Origin: Eubacteriales bacterium | Lineage (GTDB): Bacteria; Bacillota; Clostridia; Oscillospirales; CAG-272 | DNA length: 64,000 nt | Direction: 5' to 3' | Assembly: GCA_045537235.1 (NCBI GenBank) | Contig: JAZSPB010000156.1 | Location: forward strand, 7,982 to 71,981 | Shown here: positions 1 to 8,899 of the stretch, piece after piece | How the letters are laid out: every line of letters begins with the position of its first letter | Position numbering within the stretch: position 1 is the first letter of the stretch | Notes under the pieces: generated by a model | The model's database searches: none | Told to the model about the DNA's origin: nothing | What the model saw: only the letters and a program-made list of their open reading frames with translations | Translations under genes and position numbers: made by a program

Positions 1-263
1 AATGCTGTTTTTTGAATCATGGCAAAGAATGCGAAACACAAGGGGGGATTGTAGATCGGAAAGCTTTTGGGCAGTACGGATATCTCTAGAAAAACATGAT
101 TGTATTATCACCATATAGCATATAAATAAACAAAAGAAAGTTAACGCGTTTTTATATGTTTTTTTATATTTAAAGCAATTATTTTGTTCGAAGGGTTGAT
201 TTGAGAAATGGATTATGATATAATTAATATGTAGAAATTTCCACATAAGAGGAGCGTGAGAAA

Positions 264-1790
264 TTGGGAGGAGTACTTATAAAAAAGTTGAAGGAGGCGC
301 TGATATCGGTGCTTCCCGTTGTCGCCATCGTGGTTTTACTGAATTTGACCCCGCTGGTGAATTTTTCCGGGAAGGAGATCGCTGTCTTTTTGATCTCTGC
401 CTTTTTTCTGATCCTTGGTATCGGCTTGTTTAACCTCGGAGCCGACCTTGCGATGACCCCTATGGGTGAGCATATCGGTGCGGGACTTTCCAAGACAAAA
501 AAACTGTCCCTGTTGCTGGGTGTTTGCTTTGCAATGGGCGTTTTGATCACCGTTGCGGAGCCTGATCTTACCGTTCTTGCCGACCAAGTTTCCGATGTAA
601 TTAACGGAACGGTATTGATTCTTTCCGTTGGTATTGGTGTAGGTATCTTTTTGCTGCTTTCGGTTCTTAAAATTCTTTTCCGAAAGCCGCTTTCGTCCAT
701 GCTCATGTTTTTCTATATGTTGCTGTTTGCCGTAGCCTCTCTTGTGGTCATTAACGGAAATGTCGATTTTTTGCCATTGGCTTTTGACTCGGGAGGCGTT
801 ACAACCGGTCCCATTACCGTGCCGTTTATTATGGCATTGGGTGTGGGTATTGCGGCGACACTCGGTGGTAAGAATGTGGGCGAAAACAGCTTTGGTTTGA
901 TCGCTATGTGCTCGGTAGGCCCCATTTTGGCCGTCATGATCTTGGGGGTTACGGCCAACGGCGAGATTCCGTACCAAGTGCCGAATTATTCGATCGATAA
1001 CCATTTGGGAATGGCGCTTTGGAAAGAGCTTTGGGCGGTTACCAAGGAAGTGGCATTGGCTCTTGGCTTGATCGTCATATTCTTCGCGCTTCTCCAGATC
1101 GTTTGTCTCAAGCTTCCCGGAAAGAAATTGTATCAGATCGCCGTGGGAATTATTTATACCTTCCTCGGTCTCGTCATTTTTCTTACCTCGGTTACCGTCG
1201 GCTTTATGCCGATCGGCTATAAGATGGGCACCGAGTTGGCAAGCAGAAGTCCTGTTCTTTTGATCGTATTCAGCTTTGTGCTTGGAATGGTGGTCGTTTT
1301 GGCAGAGCCTGCGGTGCACGTTTTGAAGAAACAGGTAGAGGACATCACCGACGGTATGGTCAGCAAACGTTCTATGATGATCGCACTTTCCATGGGTGTC
1401 GGTCTTTCTATCGGACTTTCGGTTCTTCGTATCTATTTCGACTTTAATATTCTTTATTACATGATTCCGGGTTATTTCCTTTCTTTGGGACTTTCTTTCT
1501 TCGTACCCGGCATTTATACCGCGATTGCATTTGACTCCGGTGGTGTTGCCAGCGGACCCTTGACATCTACCTTCATCCTGCCGTTTGTGGTAGGTGCTTG
1601 TATGATATTGCAAGGGGAAAACAAGGTCATGAGCGATGCCTTTGGAATGGTGGCTATGGTTGCTATGACACCCTTGATTACCATTCAGCTTCTCGGTTTC
1701 CGCGCAATCCTATCCAAGAAGCTCAGAGAAAATATTGCCATGAAGCGCATTCTCAGCTCCGATGACGAGCAGATCATCAACTTTATGTAA
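264..1790 (+). CDS. DUF1538-family polytopic membrane protein (putative transporter)
   Basis: 508-aa ORF with a TTG start 9 nt after GGAG. It is very hydrophobic with many predicted TM helices. It is internally duplicated: AFDSGGVTTGPITVPF and AFDSGGVASGPLTSTF occur in the two halves. This matches my recollection of DUF1538 proteins, which are followed by P-II-like genes. Confidence 0.75.
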   Translation: MGGVLIKKLKEALISVLPVVAIVVLLNLTPLVNFSGKEIAVFLISAFFLILGIGLFNLGADLAMTPMGEHIGAGLSKTKKLSLLLGVCFAMGVLITVAEPDLTVLADQVSDVINGTVLILSVGIGVGIFLLLSVLKILFRKPLSSMLMFFYMLLFAVASLVVINGNVDFLPLAFDSGGVTTGPITVPFIMALGVGIAATLGGKNVGENSFGLIAMCSVGPILAVMILGVTANGEIPYQVPNYSIDNHLGMALWKELWAVTKEVALALGLIVIFFALLQIVCLKLPGKKLYQIAVGIIYTFLGLVIFLTSVTVGFMPIGYKMGTELASRSPVLLIVFSFVLGMVVVLAEPAVHVLKKQVEDITDGMVSKRSMMIALSMGVGLSIGLSVLRIYFDFNILYYMIPGYFLSLGLSFFVPGIYTAIAFDSGGVASGPLTSTFILPFVVGACMILQGENKVMSDAFGMVAMVAMTPLITIQLLGFRAILSKKLRENIAMKRILSSDDEQIINFM

Positions 1791-1802
1791 GGAGGGCAGA
1801 GC

Positions 1803-2204
1803 ATGAAAAATCAAGAGAATATCGCTCCCGCTGCTAAAAAACGGAAAGCGAGTGCCCCTCGTCAGCCCGCGCCTCCGAAGCTTAAGCTGTTGGTTACGGT
1901 AGTCAACCGAGAGAAAGCCGAACTGTATACCGCGCTTTTGCAAGCCTTTGAGATCAATCTTCAGCTCACCGTGGCGGCCAGTGGAACTGCCAATACCGAA
2001 ATGCTTCGTGTTCTCGGTCTCACAGAGTCCGAAAAAGCGGTCATTTTCAGTGTGCTCCGCGAAGATCAAGCCAATGCGGCACTTCGTTACCTTGAGGAGA
2101 AATTCCATACCATTAAGAATGGTAAGGGAATTGCTTATACCATTCCCATGACGGGAACCATCGGTGTAGCCATATATCAGTTCCTCAGTAACAGCCGCAA
2201 GTGA
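1803..2204 (+). CDS. P-II-like signal-transduction protein (divergent, with a basic N-terminal extension)
   Basis: 133-aa ORF with an AGGAGG RBS, 12 nt after the DUF1538 stop. The C-terminal GKGIAYTIPMTGTIG resembles the GDGKIFV.P motif of GlnB/GlnK. The N-terminal 25 aa are K/R/P/A-rich. Confidence 0.6.
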   Translation: MKNQENIAPAAKKRKASAPRQPAPPKLKLLVTVVNREKAELYTALLQAFEINLQLTVAASGTANTEMLRVLGLTESEKAVIFSVLREDQANAALRYLEEKFHTIKNGKGIAYTIPMTGTIGVAIYQFLSNSRK

Positions 2205-2232
2205 TAAAATAAGAAAGGTACGGTAATATAAA

Positions 2233-2571
2233 ATGAAAACATTCGACCATGAGGTCATCCTCTGTGTGGTAAATGCCGGTTTCAGTGATGCTGTGATGGA
2301 TGCGGCCAAGGAGTTTGGAGCCAGAGGCGGAACGGTCATTCGCGCTCGAGGGACCGCCAACTCTGAAGCGGAGAAACTTTTTAACATTGTGATCCAACCT
2401 GAAAAAGAAGTGGTTATGATCTTGGTGGATTCGTCCATTCGTGACAATATTCTTCACGCACTCTACCGCGCGGTTGGATTGAACACTCCCGGTCAGGGAA
2501 TTGCCTTTTCTTTGCCCGTTGACCAAGTCGTGGGACTTTCCAAGCCCGAGCAGACTAAAACCGAAGAATAA
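2233..2571 (+). CDS. P-II family protein
   Basis: 112 aa, which is the canonical P-II length. It shows a beta-alpha-beta pattern, and GQGIAFSLPVDQVVGL aligns with the GlnB GDGKIFVFPVEQVIRI region. Confidence 0.7.
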   Translation: MKTFDHEVILCVVNAGFSDAVMDAAKEFGARGGTVIRARGTANSEAEKLFNIVIQPEKEVVMILVDSSIRDNILHALYRAVGLNTPGQGIAFSLPVDQVVGLSKPEQTKTEE

Positions 2572-2621
2572 GAATTGTCTGCGAGCAAATTGGCAGCTTG
2601 AAAAATCTTTTGAAAATTTTT

Positions 2622-2706
2622 GATCCGCGTCCGCCCGGCGTTTGTGCGAGCATACTGTCCCACGGGACTTGTCATGTTAACACGTTTCACGGCGAGGACG
2701 CGGATC
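2622..2706 (+). other. GC-rich long-range hairpin, 50 nt downstream of the P-II operon (possible atypical terminator or 3' element)
   Basis: A perfect 11-bp inverted repeat, gatccgcgtcc (2622-2632) and ggacgcggatc (2696-2706), encloses 63 nt that contains inner GC-rich mini-hairpins. It is followed by atatttta. Confidence 0.4.
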
Positions 2707-2863
2707 ATATTTTATAAGGAACTGTTTACATTTGCAGAGCGTGGTTGTTCCTTACCAAAACGACCAATTTACTGACACCGATCAACTTTCGGTAAAGTTA
2801 TCATAAAATGTTTCTTGGTATTCCTTTGTGCACATGATTTTTTGGGGATTTCCCTCGAATCTA

Positions 2864-2892
2864 TTGAAAAAACGGCAAGTTTGTGTTAATAT
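2864..2892 (+). promoter_or_regulatory. Candidate sigma-A promoter for the ybaK-like/nitroreductase genes
   Basis: TTGAAA (2864-2869), a 17-nt spacer, then TAATAT (2887-2892) preceded by TGTG (extended -10). It lies 55 nt upstream of the ATG at 2947. Confidence 0.4.
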
Positions 2893-2946
2893 TATATTTA
2901 AATACAATTTGCTTTTTGTTTTTTACAAATCGGAATAGGAGGACAT

Positions 2947-3480
2947 ATGATTTTAGTAAACGGAAGACCCGAAACCAACGAAAGTCGACCGGCAAAAGAG
3001 CTTCGCACCTATGATTTTTTGGATTCCCTTGACATTTCTTATGACCGTATCGACCATGCTCCGGCTATGACCATGGAGGTCTGCGAGGAGATTGACCGTG
3101 TGCTGGGCGCGACTATATGCAAGAACCTTTTTCTATGCAACCGCCAGCAAACCGATTTTTATCTTCTTATGATGCCCGGTGATAAGCCCTTTAAGACCAA
3201 AGATCTGTCGGCGCAGATCGGTTCTTCGCGCCTGTCTTTTGCTTCTCCCGAAGCTATGGAGAAGTACTTGGATATAACTCCCGGATCGCTCAGTGTTCTG
3301 GGATTGATAAACGACAAGGATCATGCCGTGAGACTTTTGATCGACAGCGATATTTTGGAAGGCGAGTATATCGGATGTCACCCGTGTATCAATACTTCGA
3401 GCCTCCGCATCAAGACGGACGACATGATGAAAAAGATCATTCCCGCCATGGGACATTTTGTAACTCTTGTCAAGCTGTAA
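2947..3480 (+). CDS. YbaK/ProX-type aminoacyl-tRNA deacylase (prolyl-tRNA synthetase-associated editing domain)
   Basis: 177 aa with an AGGAGG RBS. Motifs CKNLFL, LLMMPGDK.F.TK and GS(L)SVLGL, and the overall length, are typical of the free-standing YbaK/EbsC/ProX family. Confidence 0.65.
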   Translation: MILVNGRPETNESRPAKELRTYDFLDSLDISYDRIDHAPAMTMEVCEEIDRVLGATICKNLFLCNRQQTDFYLLMMPGDKPFKTKDLSAQIGSSRLSFASPEAMEKYLDITPGSLSVLGLINDKDHAVRLLIDSDILEGEYIGCHPCINTSSLRIKTDDMMKKIIPAMGHFVTLVKL

Positions 3481-3496
3481 GAAAGGAAAATACAGT

Positions 3497-4021
3497 ATGG
3501 AAAATGTAGTACTGAGATCTCTCAAAGAACGCAGAAGTGTTCGTAGCTATCAAGCGCGCCAAGTCGAAGAGGACAAGCTGACGGCTATTTTGGAGGCAGG
3601 AACCTATGCCGCGACGGGAATGAACCGTCAGTCGCCCATCATGGTCGTCGTGCAAGATGCCGCTGTTCGAGAAAAGCTTCGCAAAATGAATGCCGCAATC
3701 ATGGGAAATCCCGACATGGATCCCTTTTACGGTGCGCCGACTATTATTATCGTGCTTGCTGACAGTAAGATTTCCACCTGCGTGGAGGATGGCAGCCTTG
3801 TTATGGGAAACCTCCTCAATGCCGCCCATGCCGTTGGTGTGGATTCGTGTTGGATCCATCGCGCCAAACAGGAATTTGAATCCGAGGAAGGGAAGCAGTT
3901 GCTTCGCGAATGGGGGATCGAGGGAGAATATATCGGTATCGGTCACTGCATTCTGGGTTATCGTGATGGGGCAGAGCCAACGGTCAAACCGCGAAAGAGC
4001 AACTACGTTTATCGAGTGTGA
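3497..4021 (+). CDS. Nitroreductase family protein
   Basis: The N-terminal LKERRSVRSY is the classic nitroreductase FMN-binding motif (R-R-S-x-R). The length is about 174 aa. I chose the ATG at 3497 because the ORF-track start at 3467 overlaps the upstream gene. Confidence 0.8.
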   Translation: MENVVLRSLKERRSVRSYQARQVEEDKLTAILEAGTYAATGMNRQSPIMVVVQDAAVREKLRKMNAAIMGNPDMDPFYGAPTIIIVLADSKISTCVEDGSLVMGNLLNAAHAVGVDSCWIHRAKQEFESEEGKQLLREWGIEGEYIGIGHCILGYRDGAEPTVKPRKSNYVYRV

Positions 4022-4135
4022 TTTTTGTTCTTTCGTTTTTGACGCAAACAAAGTCGACAAGGGGCAAGGTGATACCTTTCCTTTGCCTTGTGTCTTTCTC
4101 TCAATATTGAAAAAGTCTGCGATAAGAGGTAGTTT

Positions 4136-5572
4136 ATGATTTTTCTATGGCTTTTTTTGATCTTGATCGCGCTATTGGCGGTGCTGATTCTCGTTCGAAC
4201 TGCAATTTTTCGCCCCAAAGCCCCGATCCCCATATCGGAAGATTTGGTTTTCGTGGATAATGATGCCAATATTGCCGCGCTTCAGAAACTCATTCAATGC
4301 AAGACAGTCTCATATTATGATTCTTCATTAGAGGATAATTTTGAATTTGAAAAGCTGATCCATCTTTTGCCCGAACTATATCCGGAGGTTTTTCGCGCGT
4401 GTACTCTCACACATCTTCCCGACCGCGCCTTGCTGTTTCATTGGAAAGGACAAAAGCATGACGCACCCTCGGTCATGATGGCTCACTATGATGTGGTTCC
4501 GGCGGAGGAAGAAAAATGGCAAAAGCCCCCGTTTGCGGGGGTTCTTGAAAATGGAGTCCTTTGGGGAAGAGGTACTTTGGATACCAAGGTAACCTTCAAC
4601 GGCATTCTTTTTGCCGCTAATACGTTGATTTCCGAGGGCTATGTTCCCGAAGAGGATATCTATTTTGCCTTTTCGGGCGGGGAGGAGGTCAACGGGAACG
4701 GTGCTGTCAACATTGTCAATTGGTTTGTTGAAAATAATATTAAGCCGGCGTTGGTGGTTGATGAAGGAGGCGGCGTAGTGGAGAGGGCTTTTCCCGGTGT
4801 AAAAATGCCTTGTGCTTATATCGGAATCGCGGAAAAGGGAATGATGAATGTCACTTTTTCTGTGGCGTCGAACGGCGGTCATGCATCTGCGCCCAAGCCT
4901 CATACCCCCATTGGTATTCTTTCGCGTGCCTGCTGCGCAATGGAAACTTCGCCCTTCCCATTGCATATAACCAAGCCGGTGACCGAGTTATTTGATACGA
5001 TAGGAAGACATTCTACCTTCCTTTATCGCATGATCTTTGCCAATCTTTGGCTTTTCAAAGGTGCGTTGAATCTTCTTTGCAAGAAAAACGGCGGTGATAT
5101 CAATGCCTTGCTTCGAACAACTGTGGCATTCACCCAGGCTTCGGGAAGCATCGCTCCCAATGTTATTCCGCCCACGGCAACAATGACGGCCAATCTTCGT
5201 TTGAATCCCAATGATACGGTTGCGGGAGCCGAAGCTTATATTCGAAAAACGATTGGAGACGATTCTGTTCAGATAACCGTCAAAAACGCGATGGAGCCCA
5301 GTCCCGTTTCAGAGGTCTACTGTCCTGCTTGGGACAAGGTGGCTAAAGCGGTGGCAAGCACATGGCGTGGCAGTATCGTAACGCCGTACTTGATGGTGCA
5401 GTGCTCCGACAGCCGTCATTATCGGGATCTTTCCAACCATGTATATCGTTTTTCAGCCATGGATCTGACTGCCGAAGAACGGCAAAGTATCCACGGAAAC
5501 AATGAACGCATTCGCGTGGAGGCGGCAAGGAGAACCGTGGAATTTTATATCCGTTTGATGCGGCAATGTTAA
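4136..5572 (+). CDS. M20-family metallopeptidase (carboxypeptidase S-like) with an N-terminal membrane anchor
   Basis: 478 aa. The N-terminal TM helix is MIFLWLFLILIALLAVLILV. M20 motifs present: MAHYDVVP, WGRGTLDTK, FSGGEEV, VVDEGG, and a HASAP-containing dimerisation region. Confidence 0.8.
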   Translation: MIFLWLFLILIALLAVLILVRTAIFRPKAPIPISEDLVFVDNDANIAALQKLIQCKTVSYYDSSLEDNFEFEKLIHLLPELYPEVFRACTLTHLPDRALLFHWKGQKHDAPSVMMAHYDVVPAEEEKWQKPPFAGVLENGVLWGRGTLDTKVTFNGILFAANTLISEGYVPEEDIYFAFSGGEEVNGNGAVNIVNWFVENNIKPALVVDEGGGVVERAFPGVKMPCAYIGIAEKGMMNVTFSVASNGGHASAPKPHTPIGILSRACCAMETSPFPLHITKPVTELFDTIGRHSTFLYRMIFANLWLFKGALNLLCKKNGGDINALLRTTVAFTQASGSIAPNVIPPTATMTANLRLNPNDTVAGAEAYIRKTIGDDSVQITVKNAMEPSPVSEVYCPAWDKVAKAVASTWRGSIVTPYLMVQCSDSRHYRDLSNHVYRFSAMDLTAEERQSIHGNNERIRVEAARRTVEFYIRLMRQC

Positions 5573-5595
5573 AGGAAAAGGTAAAATACAAATTA

Positions 5596-5632
5596 TTTTG
5601 GCGCGCCCAATGATAAAACGGGGGCGCCAAAA
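5596..5632. terminator. Hairpin downstream of the M20 peptidase gene
   Basis: ttttggcgc (5596-5604) pairs with gcgccaaaa (5624-5632), a 9-bp perfect stem plus inner GC pairs. It is flanked by A/T runs, but the T-run on the + strand is weak. Confidence 0.4.
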
Positions 5633-5890
5633 TCAAAGAAAAAATTATTTTTCCACCTTTGAATTTGAAAAGAAGGGACAAGCGCAATCTCGCGTTGACT
5701 ATATAAAACATTTCTTAAGTATCGCTTGTATCAAGTATTGACGGCGATTACTTTTTTATTTTTGGCATACATACTTGCATATTATCTGTTTTAAATTTGG
5801 CTATGTCACAATAAATAGTTAATTTTTCAAATTTTGATTTATCGGTGAGTTTGAAATGGTTACGCAGAGATATAATCGTTTCTCGGAACC

Positions 5891-5968
5891 CGTAGGGGCG
5901 CGCATTGCGCGTCCGCCTTAAGCCAACGGTGACCGTTCATTTTCGGACGACCAAAGGTTGCCCCTGCG
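5891..5968. repeat. GC-rich multi-hairpin intergenic element (REP/MITE-like core or small structured RNA)
   Basis: cgtaggggc (5891-) pairs with gcccctgcg (-5968), and gtccg pairs with cggac. Local hairpins are cgcgc-att-gcgcg and aacgg-tga-ccgtt. It forms a GC island inside an AT-rich 611-bp intergenic region. It shares the 9-mer gcgtccgcc with the element at 2622-2706. Confidence 0.4.
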
Positions 5969-6183
5969 ATGGTTGTACGTTACAGTCGACAATTCAATAA
6001 CGCCCGATTTGCCCGAAATTCTTCCCAAAATTCAGTCATTTGATGTGACAGAGCCTAAAATTTTAATTTGCGCCTTGTTTTTGTATTTCAAATATGATAT
6101 ACTAAAAAAGAATTTATGAGCAGCATATACAGGTATTAAGACCTAAAATTGCATCAAGTATTCAAGGGAAGGAGAGAAAACAT

Positions 6184-7290
6184 ATGAAAAAGAGAGATTT
6201 ATTTGTTTTTGCCGGACAGTCAAACATGATGGGGGCTTCGGTTTTTCCTCCGAAGAAACCTATTACCGTAACCGACTCTTACGAATACAAACACGTATCA
6301 AAAAGATTAGGGGCTGCTGAAGGAAGATTTGTTTTAGCGGGGTATCCATGCGGCGAGTTTTCTTACACAGAGGAAATGATAAAGGCGGCCTATCGCCCGG
6401 AATTTGTCGATCACACCGGAAAAAGCACGGTAAATACTTATTCAAAAACCACTTATTTTTGTCCTGCCATGTGTAATTTGAAATGCCAAGAGGCGCATGA
6501 GGAATACCGATTTGATCATTTTAGCGAATCGACTATGATGGCAGGTTGTTCTATGGCACCGCTGTTTGCTACCGAATGGGAGAAAAGAGGTCAAAAATGT
6601 GCTTATGCGCACATTGCTAAAGGCGGCGTTTCAATCGTGCATTATTTCAACAAAGATATGGTTGAACATTACAACAAAACAGTGGAAAAACATAATGCGT
6701 GTCATAATTCCGATTGGAAAACGATCAACTCGTCACCTATGCGAAACGGTGCATCTGCGTATTTTGATGAAAAGGTGACCGATTTTTTCTCGGATGCAAA
6801 GAAGCACTTTGAAGGAGAGGACACATCGGTCAAAGCCTTGGTTTGGTGCCAAGGAGAGTCAGACCGCGCCATTTCGTGCGAGGAGTACAAACTCCGTTTG
6901 GAGATTCTTTGGTCGCATATGAAGACCTTGGGTTTTACACACTTTTTCTGCGTCCGAGTCGGATTTTGGGGAGATAAACTGCCCAATAATATTTATGAGA
7001 TCATGCGAGCACAGGAAGATTTTTGCCGAGAAAGTGAAGATTGTTATATTGTGACGCGAGCTATGTCGCTTATGTCTCATCAGACAACAGACGGAACCGA
7101 TTGGTTTGCTATTCAACCAAGTGAGGAATATTGCGAATGCCGAGACAGCTATTTCGGGTTTAGCAATTCCCATATCAATGAAAAGGGCTTTTCTTTGATT
7201 GCCCAACGTATGGCAGATAATCTTGTAAGGATCCTCAAAGAAGAAAAAGAACCGATTTTGGAACCTGAAAATGTGAATAAACTTATATAA
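6184..7290 (+). CDS. SASA/CE6-type carbohydrate esterase (sialate O-acetylesterase-like), no signal peptide
   Basis: 368 aa with a GGAGAG RBS. The N-terminal FAGQSNMMG (GQSNMxG) and the later WCQGESD match the SASA (DUF303) esterase signature. Confidence 0.65.
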   Translation: MKKRDLFVFAGQSNMMGASVFPPKKPITVTDSYEYKHVSKRLGAAEGRFVLAGYPCGEFSYTEEMIKAAYRPEFVDHTGKSTVNTYSKTTYFCPAMCNLKCQEAHEEYRFDHFSESTMMAGCSMAPLFATEWEKRGQKCAYAHIAKGGVSIVHYFNKDMVEHYNKTVEKHNACHNSDWKTINSSPMRNGASAYFDEKVTDFFSDAKKHFEGEDTSVKALVWCQGESDRAISCEEYKLRLEILWSHMKTLGFTHFFCVRVGFWGDKLPNNIYEIMRAQEDFCRESEDCYIVTRAMSLMSHQTTDGTDWFAIQPSEEYCECRDSYFGFSNSHINEKGFSLIAQRMADNLVRILKEEKEPILEPENVNKLI

Positions 7291-7326
7291 AGTCGACGGA
7301 GAAAAACCGTTGTCTCGAAGAGGTCT

Positions 7327-8022
7327 ATGAAATATCAAAACATAATTCCCGCCATTTTTCTTTCTCGTCCCAACCGTTTTATTGCACACGTTGAGATAAA
7401 CGGCAAGGTTGAAGTGGCGCACGTCAAGAATACGGGACGTTGTCGTGAACTGCTGATTGAAGGCGCAACTGTGTACCTTTCAGTTTTCGATAATCTAAAA
7501 AGAAAAACCAAATATGATCTGATCGCAGTGGTGAAGCAAAGAGACGGCGGGGCGCCGCTCCTTATTAACATGGATTCGCAGATTGCCAATGATGTGGCAG
7601 ACGAGTGGTTGCGGTCAGGCGCCCTGTTTTCGAAAAAAGCCAACATTCGCCGTGAGGTCACATGGGGGACATCTCGGTTTGATTTTTATATCGAGGACGG
7701 AGATCGTCGCGCATTTTTGGAAGTCAAGGGTGTGACTTTGGAGAATGACGGTGTGGCGAGGTTTCCCGATGCGCCGACCGAACGGGGCATAAAGCATTTG
7801 AATGAGCTTGCTTCGTGTGTTGGTGAGGGCTACGAGGCCTATCTGCTATTTGTGGTTCAGATGAAGGGCATTCGTGTCGTGCGTCCCCACGATGAGATGC
7901 AGAAATCCTTTGGTGATGCCTTAAGAGCGGCTTTTCGCAGTGGTGTTCAAGTCATGGCCGTGGACTGCATTGTAACCCCCGACAGTATTGTGTTTGATTC
8001 GGAAATTTCCGTTGAACTGTAA
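7327..8022 (+). CDS. sfsA: Sugar fermentation stimulation protein A (SfsA nuclease-fold DNA-binding protein)
   Basis: 231 aa. RPNRFIAHVEINGK..AHVKNTGRCRELL, ...RFDFY..., EVKGVTL and FPDAPTERGIKHL are highly characteristic of SfsA. Confidence 0.85.
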   Translation: MKYQNIIPAIFLSRPNRFIAHVEINGKVEVAHVKNTGRCRELLIEGATVYLSVFDNLKRKTKYDLIAVVKQRDGGAPLLINMDSQIANDVADEWLRSGALFSKKANIRREVTWGTSRFDFYIEDGDRRAFLEVKGVTLENDGVARFPDAPTERGIKHLNELASCVGEGYEAYLLFVVQMKGIRVVRPHDEMQKSFGDALRAAFRSGVQVMAVDCIVTPDSIVFDSEISVEL

Positions 8023-8032
8023 AGGAGAGAAA

Positions 8033-8503
8033 ATGAAACGAATTATGTTTGTTTGTCACGGCAACATCTGCCGAAGCCCGATGGCAGAATTTATTCTTCG
8101 AAATCTATCCAAACAAGAAGGAATGGATCTTATCATAGAATCAAGTGCCACCTCTACCGAAGAGATATGGAATGGAATCGGCAATCCCATCTATCCACCC
8201 GCAAAGGCAGAATTGACCCGACACGGCATTTCTTGCGAGGGCAAACGGGCGGTTCAACTGCAAAAAAATGATTACGAAAAGTACGATCTTTTTATCGGAA
8301 TGGACAGCGCCAATATCCGCAATATGCACCGCATTCTCGGCGGAGACCCGAACGGCAAGATCCGCAAACTCATGGACTATACCGATCGCCCGGGCGATGT
8401 GTCTGATCCATGGTACAGCGAGCGGTTTGATATCGCCTATCGGGATATTTACGACGGTTGTTGCGGGCTGATGAGCGAATTGAAGAAAGAGGGAAAAGTA
8501 TGA
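8033..8503 (+). CDS. Low-molecular-weight protein-tyrosine phosphatase
   Basis: FVCHGNICRSPMAE is the CX5R(S/T) P-loop at the N-terminus, with a C-terminal DP general-acid motif (DVSDPWY). The ATG at 8033 follows an AAAGGAGAG RBS. Confidence 0.85.
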   Translation: MKRIMFVCHGNICRSPMAEFILRNLSKQEGMDLIIESSATSTEEIWNGIGNPIYPPAKAELTRHGISCEGKRAVQLQKNDYEKYDLFIGMDSANIRNMHRILGGDPNGKIRKLMDYTDRPGDVSDPWYSERFDIAYRDIYDGCCGLMSELKKEGKV

Positions 8504-8880
8504 CCGAAGTAGTTGCCGCACTCATATGGCGCGAAGATCGATTTATGATATGTCGGCGCCCGCCCCACAAAGCGCGGGGGCTCCTATGGGAATTTGTTGG
8601 CGGCAAGGTGGAGGCAGGGGAAAGTCGAGAAACTGCCCTGGTCCGTGAATGTCATGAAGAGCTGGCAGTCACGGTTGCCGTAGAGGATATTTTCATGGAG
8701 GTCACGCACGAATATCCCGATATCACGGTACACCTGACACTTTTCAACGCCCACATTACCGAAGGTGAGCCAAAAATGCTGGAGCACAGTGATATCAAGT
8801 GGATCACGACCGCGGAGATTCCCGAATACGATTTTTGTCCGGCAGATAAAGAAATTCTTGAAAAACTAATGCTTACTTGA
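8500..8880 (+). CDS. NUDIX hydrolase (MutT/8-oxo-dGTPase-like)
   Basis: The Nudix box is GGKVEAGESRETALVRECHEELAV (GX5EX7REUXEEXGU). The start ATG overlaps the upstream stop (ATGA). Confidence 0.8.
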   Translation: MTEVVAALIWREDRFMICRRPPHKARGLLWEFVGGKVEAGESRETALVRECHEELAVTVAVEDIFMEVTHEYPDITVHLTLFNAHITEGEPKMLEHSDIKWITTAEIPEYDFCPADKEILEKLMLT

Positions 8881-8899
8881 TAGAATGCGAGGGGTTTTT

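Noticed and set aside
336-1613. 425-aa ORF on the minus strand
   Set aside because: It is entirely antisense to the DUF1538 membrane-protein gene. The product is H/R/K/Q/N-rich low complexity with no RBS or recognisable motifs. This is a typical shadow ORF of a codon-biased gene.
5343-5711. 122-aa minus-strand ORF spanning the end of the M20 peptidase gene and the intergenic hairpin
   Set aside because: It overlaps the 3' end of a well-supported gene and a terminator-like hairpin. It has no RBS and a low-complexity product.
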